Under the pieces are notes generated by a model. The model did not search any database, had not been told where the DNA came from, and saw nothing but the letters and a program-made list of their open reading frames with translations. The position numbers were made by a program, and so were the translations under genes. Positions 33,676 through 47,400 of a stretch of 64,000 nt of DNA are shown here, piece by piece (position 1 is the first letter of the stretch; each line of letters opens with the position of its first letter). The stretch comes from Podarcis vaucheri (taxonomy: Eukaryota), in assembly GCA_965113315.1 (NCBI GenBank), contig OZ220376.1; one strand, given 5' to 3'.

Positions 33676-36600
33676 TTTTCCCAAACTGACACACAAATTA
33701 GAACACAGATTAAATACAAAAAGGGGAAAACATATTGTGTACAAGGTAACTGTAAAAAGGTAATTAATATAATTAAAACAATATTAACAACTCTATTATG
33801 ATGATGAAAAACCTAGAGGTAGCTTGAAGATTTACAGCATGAAGTGAGTGAGTGAGTGTGTGTGTTGTCTAAGTAATGTCAAGAATGTAAGATTTGCTGC
33901 TGAATATCAGATGAAGGGTCTAATTTGACATTCTATTTGCAATGAATAGCCCAGACTGGGAGCTGACAGACATGGCAGAAAGGGCAAAAGCTCTACATTG
34001 CCCACTATGATACCACTTTAAATGGTCTTGGCTTTTCCCCAAATAATGCTGGGAACTATAGTTTGCTGAGGATGCCAATAGTTACTAAGAGACCCCTATT
34101 CCCCTCACAGAGCTATAATTCCGAGGGTGGTTTATCAAATCAATCCCTCTTCCCAGGGAACTAAAAATTATAAAATGCCGGGACAAATGGAAAGTGTGTG
34201 GTGGTGGCACCAGCCATTTGGCCTTAGGGAGGGAATTATAAATTCAAAACAAGGGTGCTGTCCACGGTAGAAAAATAACGTATCTGTACTGAAGAGGCTA
34301 CGTGGAAGGGAAGGGAAGGGAAGGGGCTCAGTGGCAGAGCATCTGCTTTGCAATGAGAAGGTCCCATGTTCAATCCCTGGCAACGCAAGAGAGCCAATGC
34401 TGGTGCAGATATAATACTGAGCTAGATGGATCAATGGCCTAACTGAGCTAGCTGGATCAACACTCTGACTCAGTACAATGCAGCTTCCTGCGTTCTGTAC
34501 GTTACAGCTTACGTCACACTGAATGGGAATGGCCTGGGTTTCAGGTAGACACCTTTCCCATTATTTCTTCCCTGATCTGCCAGGGATACTTTTGACACGT
34601 AACGCCTGTATTCTACCAATGAGCTATGGCCCACCTCAGAGCTGCCAAAACAACAGCCATACATGCATCGTTTGGTTCAAGAGTGCTGGAGTTCAGCACA
34701 GGTAACAAGAACCTGCACCGACTGTTTTTGAGAAGGCTCTCCTGTCTTGTGAGAGATAATATTTGAGCTTCATCTTGCTAGACAGGCACCACATGCTCAG
34801 GTAAAAAAGAAGAAGGGGGGTATATACTGAGAGCAAAACCTACCATTAAAACTATTATTGCAAAGTAGCAGGTGTGATTGCAGCAATTATGCGAACGATT
34901 TCAAGGGGCAAAGCACAGCACTGCAAAAAGCAGATGCAAATGGAGGTAGCTGAGAGGGGAAAGCGGCAATGACTTTTGAGATCTTTTGGTCCTGAGTGCA
35001 ATTTGCTCCCCTGTCAGGCAGCCACGGGACAGGTAACCAACCTCATGGTTACAAATTTGCCCATTTGAGAATCTGGCCATCCTCTGCGTTCAACGGACAG
35101 CCTGTGGCTGTAAGCAGCAGTCTGTCTGCAGACTAATTAGGAACACTTTGGATAGAATTTTGAGGTTTTGATTTAAAAGATTTTCCCCCCTTTGTAAAAC
35201 ATAACCATTTCATATCTGAGACATTATAAGCAGCGATAAGTGGGTTCCAATGCCTTCCAGACAGATCTGGCTCAACATTTCATCATTATTTGTTTCCGGG
35301 CAGTTATCAGTTCCGGCTAATCGCACACATGGTTTTTGATGGGGGCGGGGAGCAAGGAAACATATCCAAAATCTGTTTGCTTTCCCTTCCCACTAAACAC
35401 TGTTTGCTTTGAATTCTGGTCTCCTTGAGCTCCAAGAAGATTGGCAGGGCAGTTTGTGTTTGTTTGTGCTGAGAGTTTTTCAAATCTGACTTAGTGGCAC
35501 AAGGGTCCTGCGTAACGTAAATTAATCTCATTCCTGCCATTTCCAAACTTTGTAATTATGTATAGTTACTTAGCTGCGGATACGTGCAGATTGCAGCTAG
35601 CAAGAACTTGAAGGCCCTCTGTCGCCCGGGAGAGTTAATTGGTTTAATTATTTTCCCCTGTCCTTTCCCACAATCCCCTGTGACTGCAAGGAGTTCAGAA
35701 AGACGCTTTTCCGGCTCAGCTGCTCAATAATAGGCACGTTGCACTTTTGAAGGATGGTGCATAATGCAAGGGTGGGGAATCATCAGGTGTGGCTAAACTA
35801 CAACTTCCATCAGTCCTGACCATGCTGGCTGGGGCTGGTAGGAACTGGAGTCCAAAAAATATCTGGAGGGCTGCAAGTTATTTATTTTATTGCATTTATA
35901 TACCACTTTTTCTTCCAAGGACCTCAAGGTGATGTTAATGGTTCTCATCCTTCCCATTTAATCCCCACAACAATCCTGTGAGGTAGTCTAGCCTAAGAGT
36001 GAGAGACTGGCCCAAGGTCACCCAGGGTGCTTCGTGGCTGAGTGGGGATTTGAACCCTGGTCTCCTAGGTCTTACTCCAACTCTCTAACCACTATGCCAC
36101 ACTGCCTCCATTAGTGATGGTGCTTATGATAATTTTATACCAAACTCTCTACTATTGTTTATTTCCATTATTACAGTCTTCATCATAATGCTTGAACTGT
36201 ACTCAGAAGGTGATAGCAAGTTGCACTGTGGGCTTAATGAAAGGTGGTCTAAAAATAAAGAATTAATTATTGTTATATGATAATATTTTACTCAATTTAC
36301 TAAAAACCTTGTGTCTGGTTTACACAGCACTGAACCAAAGAAAGCAGGCAAGTGCCCTGATGCTGACATGGCTTTTGGGGGGCAATTTAACAGCCCAAGA
36401 TACATCTGAATTTGGCCTGGGAGAGGAAAATGCACCCACCCCAATTGCCTATGTACATTTTTAAAATTCCTGTTTAAGTATTATTGGGGGGGGGGGCTGG
36501 AATGTCCCATGTGGTTTTCCCCAAACAAAAGCTGATCCAGGAATCAGATTTAAATGTTCTTCTCCTGACACAACACAGATGCCTTCGCTGGGGATAGTCT

Positions 36601-38484
36601 ATGACCCCAAGATACATTAGGAGGCAGCTTCGGGTAAATAAATAAAAAACGTGTCCCAAAATTGCCTGTATCAGTTTCTTAAGTTTCTGCCTGTAAGGCT
36701 TAAAACATGCTTTTGATGTGTGGCTAATTATTAACTTGATTGCTGATGAGGGCCTCTTAAGGCTTTTGCCCCTGTTCTTTGTTTGATAATTTTGTGTTTT
36801 AACAGTTGTTTTTACGTTTTGCTTTTATACTTATAAGCCACTTAGAGCACATTATTTGTGGAAGGGGAAAGTGAAGCATAACATCCAGGATGGGAAATAG
36901 CAGCTTCTGCCTGATTTGGAGGCAGAGGTTTAAAAACATGCCAGCCAAATTTTATTTTTATTTTGGGAAGGGTGTTCATATGCAAGTTTGCATTAATGCA
37001 CAGCAACAAGACAGACCAAGATAATGAGGAACAGCCTCTTATTGCCCCTTCTAATTAAATTAAAACCCAAAATGTCATTGTGAACTAAGGTTAGGGAGAG
37101 CGAAGGAAACAAAGCTATAAATTAAGCCAGAGGGTATGAATCTCATGCAAAAAAAAAATGGCAACGTTTCGGGTTAAGGCTGAATCTGGAAACAGTTTAG
37201 CGGAAAACCTGGCATAGCTGTAGGCCAGGAGAGAAAGAGAGTTAAGAGTCGCTCCGGGCTAATTGCTTCCTTCATGCGGGCTACTCTAGCACACTAATAG
37301 GTTTTAATAAAAACTTTCAATTGGGCCAGTAAACCCCTCATTAAGCTGTTTTTAAAGCATGAATTTAAGAGCAGGGAGGGCAAGAGGTCGTGAGGAGCAT
37401 TTAATTCACAACGGCTGGGGCAAGGTGCTCGCACAATTGGAAACAAGCACTGCAGCATCCAGGGCCATATAAACATCCGACTCTGTCGCTAAAGGCCAGC
37501 TAAGTGACAGCTTGAAAAATAGATTTAATAAGGCAGAAGGGGAAAGGGGTTTCTCCCCCCAGTCGTACACGGACAACAGGAATAATCAACAGCCCAATTG
37601 TCCCGTTTCTACAAATAAAAAAAAGTTATCGACACACAAACACAAAACCCTTTCCAGGCTAAGAAACAAACAGGACCCCGAATTAAGAGAGAGCAGAAGC
37701 GATTCCAAGGAACGTTTTTAAGATTCTCGTTACTTTAAATGAATAACAATAACAATAATATTTATGAAACGCCTCATGTCTCATGGCCAGACCATAAAAA
37801 CAGCTAAGATAGTTTTAAAAGCAGTACCAAAAGCAACTGATGATAGGTTTAAAAGCAATACAAAACGAACTGCTAAGAGACCTTTTAATCCAGCTGGAAA
37901 AGATTGTTGAATCAAAAATGTCTTCCTTCCACCCCCAGGGAAATTAGAGATAGTGGGCGCCTTGCTTCTTCCTGTTTGTGTCTCCCCTCCCTCCATCTAG
38001 ATTTTATATTATATTTTCTTCAGGGCTGAACAAGCGTGTGTGAGAGAGGGGAGGAGGGAGAGAGAGCTGCTTATAGCGATTGCTAACACTTTGCCCTCCA
38101 GGTGTTTTAGGTAGGGGCTGAGGCTGATGGGAGTTGTAGTCCAAAATATCTGGAAGGTAGCAGGTTGGTGAAGGATTTTTTTCCTGTAAACTGCCAAGTG
38201 CATTGTTGCCACTGCATAAAATTTATTGTGGGGTCAAACTACCAACAGCACAGAACATGTGGGTTTCGCCCTGGTTGCCAATCTGTTACTGGCCCTGTAC
38301 ATCTTAGGGCTAGGTTGCTTAAGAGAACGCCTTCTATCTTATATACCCAGTAAGTCACTGTTTTCTGCTGGAGTTTTTCCTTCAAGTCCCCAAAATTTCA
38401 GAAACCAGCTCCAAAGTAACTCTGAGCAGGGCCTTAATTGTAGCTGCCCCTGTTTATTGGAAACAACACCCATATTAAGATACA

Positions 38485-38508
38485 TCCTCCTCCTCCTCCT
38501 CCTCCTCC

Positions 38509-38560
<52 letters not shown>
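38485..38560. repeat. Compound (TCC)n(TTA)n microsatellite
   Basis: Direct inspection. Confidence 0.95.
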
Positions 38561-40961
38561 GTACTTCCCAGAAGCAACTGAAAACATTTCTATTTCAACA
38601 AACGTTCCAAGCTAGAAGAAAAGGTCTCTGCCTCAGTTCCCTTTTTTATTGCATTTAACCCTATCCTCAGTTGTTTTTTTATCTTTTTTTTTAAACTATC
38701 TTAACGGTTCTCAATGGTAAGTCTGTACATCACATTGAGACAGGCTTTTCCAGCTGGATAAATGGATATTTACCACAAGTGTCCATTTGTTAGGATTTTA
38801 GTCTTGTTTTAAATGTATTTTGTGCTTTTAGCTGTTCTTAATTATTTTATACATCAATCGCCTTGAGATAGTAGTTTAGAAGGTGATTAATAAATTAATT
38901 GTAATAAGTAAAAGGCAATGTGTAACTTTATTATTATTGAGTCGCCATAGTAATAGGAGCAAACTAGTCCTTACTTTGGGTTGCATTTCAACATTGGAAA
39001 AAGGGTCCACCATCTGTAGCTGAGGGCTAAATTAAAGGACATTTCCCGGGGGGTGGATTCACCCCAAGCCCAGCAACAGATCTCTAGGTGGTGAGAACAT
39101 TCTCATGACCCAGCTGGCCAGGAAATGGCTGAACACTGCGAACAGCTGTGGTAGAAGTGTCCCAGGCCTTTGAAACAGGTGCTTCTTATTAAGCTCCACC
39201 TCTGGGACCAGGGAAGGTCTCTCTCCCTCCCTCTCTCCCCAAGGAATAGGGGGATCAAGGAGGAAGCCAGGCCACGGGAGACCGTCAAGGGCAGCAGAGC
39301 ATGACAAACACGGTTAGGGCTCAGCTTTGTGGCAGTGACATCGCTGCAGAGAAATTCCAGCCCCGAGGGCAACGGAGGCCATTGCACCCATGGGGAACTC
39401 CCGACAGCATTAAACCTTGCCACACCTGGTCCAGAGACACCACCCTGGTTGTCGTCTTAGCAAAACAGCTCAAGAACAAGCCAAGAACATCATCGGTTAT
39501 TCAGAGGTGGATCTCTGCTAAAGTAAAGGGTTTGTATGCAGAAATAAAAAATGAAAAATAATTAAAGCAGCCCTGCTGGATCAGAATAAAAGATCCCTCT
39601 AGCCCAGCGGCCAACCTGATACCCACAGGAAGCCCATTAGCAGGGCAAGAATGCAAAAGAAACTCTCTTGCTACACTCCCTACAGAGGCAGTCTGCCGCA
39701 GAACACAGACACCTCATTCGGGGGTAGACTGCTGCTGAATGCAAGTGTTCCACATAGGCCTCATGATAAGATGAGTTTAAGGCATTGCACTTGAGAAATA
39801 ACTTCTGCTTGCGCAACAGAACTTCACCTTCCCTGCTCCTACTGCGCCCCCAACCCAACAAAATCTGATCTGAGGTTTCCCCAACCCTCTGGAGCAAATT
39901 GGGGGAGGGGGGGAGAGGAGAGAAGTACCATTGCACTAGTAGTGGTTTCATTCAATATAGCCCACTATTAATAAAGATGGTTTTTGTTTGAAATACGAGC
40001 CAATCTCAAAATATGCTTTAAAAAAAATAAAAAAAGCAAGCACCATGCTTCCTGCAAGGGAACAGGAAGCACCCAGCAGGTACAAAGGATCCCAGCAGGA
40101 ACTGTTAAGACTGTCCTTTGAAGTAAACACTACTCAATGCTAAAGTGGGATTCCCCCCACCAAAAAAAAAAAAGCTCAGCAATATTTAAATGCCTTCTGA
40201 CAACAACAGATAGACGACAAAATGTCACTGTTCCACAGTTCTATTATAACAAAAATATATTGTGGGTTTCCTGCATTCCTCGCCAAAAAAATAAAGAACC
40301 GCGGGGGGAGGCTTGAGGCATTTTTATTTCATTAATCCCAACTCAGAAGCATCTCATCCAAAAACAGAAGGAATAGAGCAGAGGCCTGCTGTGTACAAAG
40401 GGTTTGATTAACCAGGACTCAAAGACTTGACCCAGTTGAGGAAGAAGCTGTATCTCCTCATGTTTTTACATAAGCCAGAAATCGGGAGTGGTGGGTGAGC
40501 AGAGATGGATGGTGGTGGCAATCTCCTACAACATCCCCAAAAAAAGTTACTAGGAGGCACCGGGCACACCTGGCATGCCACTGGGAAAAAGCTGAAACCA
40601 AAAGCCCATCAAAGAAGCATCCACCACAAAGGTTACTATATGATATTTAAAGTCCTGTGGCTTTGGGACTCAAATGCCTTCTTACAAATTCACCTACCAG
40701 TGCAAGTTCTGACCAATTCATATGGTTCCTCTTGAAACCAAGCAAAACCTGTGCTGTCTGAAAGGCATAGAAGTGTGACCCACCATATGGTGATGCATGA
40801 GAGGGTCTTCTGTGTTGTGGAGTCCCGGCTCCAGAATCCCCTTCCCCTGAAAGCCTGGATGTGCCTCCACAAGCAGGTAAAACCAGTTTAATTCTCCTCC
40901 GTTTTTGGCAATAACTTAGTAGCCATCACCAATTGTTTGGCTTCATGCTGATGCTCTATTA

Positions 40962-41313
40962 AAAAGGTAAAGGGAACCCTGACCATTAGGTCCAGTCGTG
41001 GACAACTCTGAGGTTGCACACTCATCTCGCTTTATTGGCCGAGGGAGCTGGCGTACAGCTTCCAGGTCATGTGGCCAGCATGACTAAGCCGCTTCTGGCG
41101 AACCAGAGCAGCGCACGGAAACGCCGTTTACCTTCCTGCTGGAGCCGTACCTATTTATCTACTTGCACTTTGACGTGCTTTCGAACTGCTAGGTTGGCAG
41201 GAGCAGGGACCGAGCAACGGGGGCTCACCCTGTCGCGGGGATTCAAACCACCGAACTTCTGATTGGCAAATCCTAGGCTCTGTGGTTTAACCCACAGCGC
41301 CACCCGCATCCCC
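40962..41313 (-). mobile_element. Sauria SINE, full length
   Basis: Near-identical to 6832-7176 and 10003-10347. Confidence 0.9.
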
Positions 41314-41497
41314 ACAGGATCTGAGGGACCTTGAGCCAGTCACTGCCTCTCAGCCTAAACTACCTCACAGGGTTGTTGTGGGTATTAAATGAGGAGGAGG
41401 AGAACCTTGAGCTCCTGGGAGGAAATGGTGGGATATAAATGCAATAAATAAATAACAACAACAGAGTAGGGTGTGGGGTGTGGGGATGAGCGTGCCC

Positions 41498-41539
<42 letters not shown>
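41498..41539. repeat. (AAT)n microsatellite
   Basis: Direct inspection; probably a LINE tail. Confidence 0.9.
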
Positions 41540-41542
<3 letters not shown>

Positions 41543-41834
41543 TTTATTTATATCCCGCCCTCCCCAGACGAAGCCGGGCTCAGGGCAGCTAACAACAATA
41601 AAACAGTACAAAAGTATAGCACAAACAACACTCTAAAATCATTCATTATAAAATTAATTCTCAGTTTATCCTGTTTGCAAATGTGTCCATAAGTCCTAAA
41701 AGGTTATAACTATTTCCCTTTTTTAAAAAAAGTGTGGGAGGAAGAATAGCAATAGAGAAATTGTAAAGTATTACATACCCCAAAAGTGCATGAAAATACA
41801 ACTACTGGAGTTTTTCTGAGTTATGTTCACTTAC

Positions 41835-41845
41835 CAAAGGAATAC
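41835..41845 (-). CDS. LMF1: LMF1 coding exon 3, 11-nt microexon GTATTCCTTTG ((W)YSF(G))
   Basis: Minus strand reads ctctcgtttcttttgcag|GTATTCCTTTG|gtaagtga. It supplies exactly the bases needed to join exon 2 (...GTC TG) to exon 4 (GA TGG GAA...), giving the conserved LMF1 motif VWYSFGWESQLLE. Confidence 0.93.
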
Positions 41846-42533
41846 CTGCAAAAGAAACGAGAGGTGAAATGTTACAATGCAAGTTAAGAAATAAAACAAT
41901 GATGATAGGATCTGTTTGGTTGTTAATTGCGTTGCTCTAGAATATGAATTTTTCCTAGTATTTCTTGCCTTTTATCTTTATGATGTTTTAAGATATGTTG
42001 CAAACTGCTTAGCTTAGCTATTCTGGTAAATAAGTATGTAAGCAGTATATAAATTGTCTAAACAAATGAACAAAATATTCACAGGCCACTTTCAACATTT
42101 TTAAGTGGCAAGCTGAGAAGCGATTCCATATCATAGACATTTTGTTTGCCTTTCAAAAACACAAACACACACTCTCCATTTGTTAATGCTTTAATGTTCT
42201 TCTAAGGCCTTTACAGCATTTTCAATGGTTTGTTAATACCGCAAAGCTATCTGAAGGCTTTGAGCAGAAAGCTGAAATACACTTTCTTTTAAAAGATCAA
42301 TAAACAAATGAAAACAAGGCACTCAACAGGGGGCAAACAGCAAACCAGTTCCCCACCCCACCCCCCAGGAAGCCCTTTGGCACATGCCTGTGGAGAAGGG
42401 GCCATAGCTCAGTGGTAGAGCATCTGCTTTGCATATAGAAGGTCCCAGGTTCAAATCTCGGCACCTCCAGCTAGGGATGCGAGAGACTCACAGCCTGAAA
42501 CCCTGGTGAGTCAGTGCCACTGTTGAGTTAGAT

Positions 42534-42761
42534 CAGTGGTCCTCAAAGGAGAGGATGGCAAGTGTGGCAGCAAGATTCAAGGACAGTGATCATATTATAA
42601 AGTAGTTGTGTTTTGTGTTCTATGTTATAAATCAAGCACTGTTAGGAGTTGTTTCTTTACATCTTCCAATGTATTTCTTATCAATAAAAAGTTTGGCATG
42701 GCCTGAGCAAATCTTCATTCTGAAAGTGTGACCCAGAGAAAAAAGAAGTTTGGGAACCCTG
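42534..42761. mobile_element. hAT MITE inserted in a tRNA-SINE
   Basis: Ends CAGTGGTCCTCAAA / TTTGGGAACCCTG and an 8-bp TSD AGTTAGAT (42526-42533, 42762-42769). Confidence 0.75.
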
Positions 42762-42889
42762 AGTTAGATGGGTCAATGATCTCATAGCTGCCTATGTTCT
42801 AGTACCTTCCATGTAACAAATTGTTTGGTTTTTGAAAGGGAGGACTGTAGCTCACCGGTAAAGCACATGATTTACAGGTCCCAGGTTGT

Positions 42890-43310
42890 TGTTATTATTT
42901 AAACCATGCTCATACTGCTTAGCCACAGTAGTCTCTTAAGTGGTTTTCAAAAATGTAATATGAAAGATAAACACAAGTTAAAACTGTGGAATCAGACATC
43001 CATTAAAATGCCTGCTGAAATAGGAAAAGTCTACAATAGGCACCAGGTGGAGGGGTTCTGTCTGACCTCAAATGGAAGGGGGTTCCATAAAACTGGGCCC
43101 ACAATACAGAACACAACACAACCCCTAGTGGTCATACATCTGAGCCATGAGGGACTACCACTTCTTGAGGTAGCCTGGACCCAAATTGTTGAAGGGCTTT
43201 GTATATGAATATGCAAGCTTTGAACCTGGCCCAGAATTTTGAGCAGTGCAGTTATGTGATGGCGATCGTCTGTCCCCATCAACAGTCGAGCAACAGCTTT
43301 TTGCACAAGC
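42890..43310 (-). mobile_element. L2 LINE 3' fragment (others at about 16000-16340, 47610-47900, 51330-51590, 53110-53520)
   Basis: Translation QKAVARLLMG...HHITALLK and GPVLWNPLPFEVRQ, typical of the L2 ORF2 C-terminus. Confidence 0.7.
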
Positions 43311-44434
43311 TAGAGCCTCCAGACCAGGCCCAAGTTCAATCTTCAGCATCTCCCAAGACCACTGTCTGAAACCCTACAGAGCCACTGCCAGTCATGTTTC
43401 TGATCTTCAGAACTGAGCTCTTGCCTATCTTGTCATTTCAAATCTCACTTACCATGATGTCAACATCAGCCCCCCTCCTTAATCTCATACGTGATCCCCT
43501 TCTCCCAAAACATAGTGCCCATCCACCCAAAATCAGTCCCTGTGACACTCTGCCATTCAAGAACTCAAGGCAGTGCCACTGGAGACTTCCCACAAAAAGA
43601 GATAAACAAGCAAAACAATACATTAAATAAAAACCGGAGCAGTGTGCTTTAAAACCCCATGGAGAGCTGCTGGAAGCAGTTCCATTTAATCAGAAGTGAA
43701 GCTGTACCAAGGCACCGTCCAAGTTCACCATCAATTTCTGACACACTATTAAGTTGAAAGCCCCTTCGGAGGGTTAAGTAACATCTTGGGCAGCTGGTTT
43801 GAGTTGCTGCTAAGCTGTTGGCGTTCCACAGTGGTCATGGTGGTGGGGAGAGGGGGAAGGAAATGTGTTTACAAGGGTAGTAAACGAAAGCACTTGTCTG
43901 GTTTCTGGATCTACTTTATTGTGGTCCCCAATCTTTTAAAGAACTGCCCTATAATTACAAATATCCACATTCAAAAACAAGGGGAACATTTGCACTAAAA
44001 TAAAAGTTTTCCCTGTCTCCTCTTTTTAAAAAACAACAACAACTTGTGTTTGCTGTGTCCCAAAATAACAACCCATTTATACTCAAGAACAAGCATTCCT
44101 ACCAAATTCCTTTGCTGGTTATCTTGGTTTGTTCAGGGGTCATTGTGTGTCTCTAGGGAACTGTGAGTTCCAACCACTAGACTGGACTTCCCCAACCTGA
44201 TGCCCTCCAGATATTTTGGACTGCTGGGAGATGAGAGTCCAAAATGGCCGTGCTGATGGGAATTGCAGTACAAAACATCTGGGAACATCTATTGGAGAAG
44301 GCTGAATGGAGGTAACAACCTTGCAGCTATTTCACACAGTTCCTCAAGACAGTTAGAAATCACTTCTTCTCTTTCAACTTGTTTCAGCCCTTGAATTAAC
44401 AGCATTGCAACCTAAGTTCAAGGTCCCCAAAGAC

Positions 44435-44439
44435 TAGTA

Positions 44440-44498
<59 letters not shown>
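44435..44498. repeat. (AAT)n microsatellite
   Basis: Direct inspection. Confidence 0.95.
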
Positions 44499-47400
44499 TA
44501 CTGTATTATTATTATTAACCCCACCCTTCCTCCCCATTGGGCCAAGGGAGGCAAACAGATCCACAATTTAAAAATAAAAACAAAGAGAGAGAAAAACAAA
44601 ACAGATGAAACATTCTAAAAACAATTATAATGAAAAGCATCTAAAATCAGTTACAGTTAAAAACATTGTTCTATCCAGTGATCTCAGACTTGCCAGGAAC
44701 AGTATTCATCTGCCTGGGTAAACAGGAATGCTTTCAAATTTCCTTTATTTCCACTTTAGTCACTTCTCTTTTCCGTTTTTACCGTAAAATTTATATTGAG
44801 GTTTATCCTTCTGTGTAAATCTATTGCTGGGGTTCACCCGCAAACAGATACATACTTAAAATAAAACTTTAAAAATAGGCCTAGCTGGATCAGGCTAAGG
44901 GATAGTCTCATCCACCATCCTAAAGTCAAAAACCAGACACCTCCAGGAAGCCCATACTGAGAGACTTAATAAGTAATGACAACAAAACTGAAGAGATACT
45001 GAAAGGAAAGACTTCCAGGGACATTGCAGAGAAAGCCGACACTCCTTGCTGACAGCCCCAGTATTGTTACAATGGAGGCACCCTGGTTGACAATGTGGGA
45101 AACTTTCCCCTAGGAAGGACCCGCCTCTCAGCTGACAGACAGAGAGCTTATTGCATGAAGGCAGCCTTGTGCTGTATTATATCATCAATTATTATTATTA
45201 ATATTACTATTATTCAGTCAGATCTGAGTAGTCACATTATTGCAACTTCATTGTTTTGAAGAAGCAGAAATTCAATGGACCAAAATAGAGCCATTGCCGC
45301 AAGTGGCCTGAACTCCTATTGCTATTATTTAGTATTATAATTATTATCATCATTGTCACCAGCACGGCTTTTTTGTCTGTGTGACAGTATTCACCAGTAC
45401 AGAGTGCTAACACATCTTAACTTTGCTGACCATGGCAGCCATTTTGTGCTGGTCCTGACAGCTCTATGCTCGATATATAAGTATTGGGACGTTCTTTTAA
45501 AACCAAAAAAGCACTGAATACTACATTTATATCCCACCTCCCTTCCTAGGAGCCCAAGAAGATCCACAGTCCCCTCAGAACAACCCTGTGAAGTAGGTTA
45601 TACTGAAAAAGAGGGACTGGCCCAAAATCATCCAGTGAGCTTCATGGCAGTGGGATTTGGACCTTGGTATCTCACTTTTAAGCACTACACCACAGCAGCC
45701 AAATGTATCTTAGAAATAATTATATCCCAGGTTTTCCTCTCCCAAGGTTATTTGGGTTATATCCAACTAAGAATTAATCAGAGTAGTTCCACTGAAATTA
45801 ATGAACCTGTGTTAGTCATGCCCATCAATTTCAATGGGTCTGTTCTCTGTTAGACTAGCATGAGATGAAGCCCCAAAGTACCGTAATTCTGAAGAAACGT
45901 GAATATTTGGGGGGGGGGGAATCTATACTTTCAGGGCACATTTCTTTAGCATCAAACTAGTGAAGTCTAATTTTAATTATTGGGGGGGGGGGAGTGCTGA
46001 AATGCTAGTCTTTGCTCCTGCTTGCCTCTTTCTGAAATTGCACTAACCAGCCTAGGATGTGTGTTTGATCTTTTACAGGATTAGGGCCAGGGGGCCAAGA
46101 TCGCTCCAGAGGCAGCTCAAGATGGGATGAAAATTATTCCTTTCTGACATAAGCCGTCACTAAGTTATAATTTTGTGAACCAGGAGTATGTTTTCAATTA
46201 GCTTCGTTAGCCCCTGCTTGTACAGCTAAGCAGCAGCAGTGTCACATGGTATTAATCTTCGTTTCATTAATATGTCATATCAGCCGCACACGGCATTCTT
46301 TGAAACTGATACGCCCGGCCGTCTCTCCCCGAGAACCACCGCCACCACAATATCAGCAAGAGGTGCCAAAATCTGCTTCCTACAGGAAGGATGACCCCCC
46401 TGAGATCCTTTAACTTTTGGTTTAAGTTTCTAGAAATTATTCTTTTTTCCATTTGGAGGAGGGGAGGACAGGAGGAATGGCGAAGGCCATAGACTGGACC
46501 GTGATAAACAAAGGCATTTCTGAAGCTTATTGCCAAAGGGCTATTATGTTGTTGTTTGTGATGAAAAGTTGCTTTCTGCAGCACGCCAAGTGAAAAGCGG
46601 CTCTAACACATAACACTTTTCGCCCCCAAAATGCACAGGAATATGTTTTGTTTTCACTGAAAGCTTTTAAACCAGCTCCATGGACTATAGATCTAAATTC
46701 AATGGTTCCCAAAATGGGCAGTGCCACCATCGGGGGGGGGGGGCTGAAGGTGTAAATCAGACTTTGAAAAGCTGCTCTCACTGAACCAAGTTCATCAATT
46801 TTGTTGAATGAATAGAACTAAGTAGTTTTAACTGGATTTTGAGTAAGTGTGCAACTAATTGTTAGTTCTGATTTTTTTTATGTTGTTACCTTCCTTAGTG
46901 GGTCATGCAAACCGCTATTCTGAATAATGCCTTTTATAGGGTAGGGGGCACTGGGAGTGAGTTTACGAGACGAAGAGGACGGTAGCCCAAAACAGTTTTG
47001 GAACAACTGATCTAGATGAAATTACTTGTACTTCAATCTCACCAAAATGCTCTTATGTCATGACTGATCTGCCCCACTAATTTCAGTGAGACTTAACTGC
47101 AATACAGGTTAATGTTACAAGACTGTTGGAAGGATTACAAAATTAATATAAATGAAGGATGTCAGCTAGTCAAAAGGCACTGCCTAAATATTAAGAGTTG
47201 TATCCAGCCTTCTCAGAGTAGACCTGTTGAAATTATTGGACCTCAGCTTGTTGTGTCAAGAGAACTGGGGATCTCTTGAACCACAGATCACACTTTCGTC
47301 CACTATATTGACACCAGCTATGGTATCTAGGATGTTGATTCAATGTCTATGTTTACATTATCTGGAAAAGGCTCATCATGCAAATTGTATGTTATTCTTC

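Noticed and set aside
33547-41692. ORFs with poly-Tyr, poly-Ile or poly-Arg tracts (33547-33801, 38226-38615, 41360-41692)
   Set aside because: Translations of (TAT)n and (TCC)n microsatellites.
42398-42470. tRNA gene (Ala/Cys-like cloverleaf with A and B boxes), also at 34325, 25595 and 60890
   Set aside because: Each continues into the same SINE body and tail and has broken stems; these are SINE heads, not tRNA genes.
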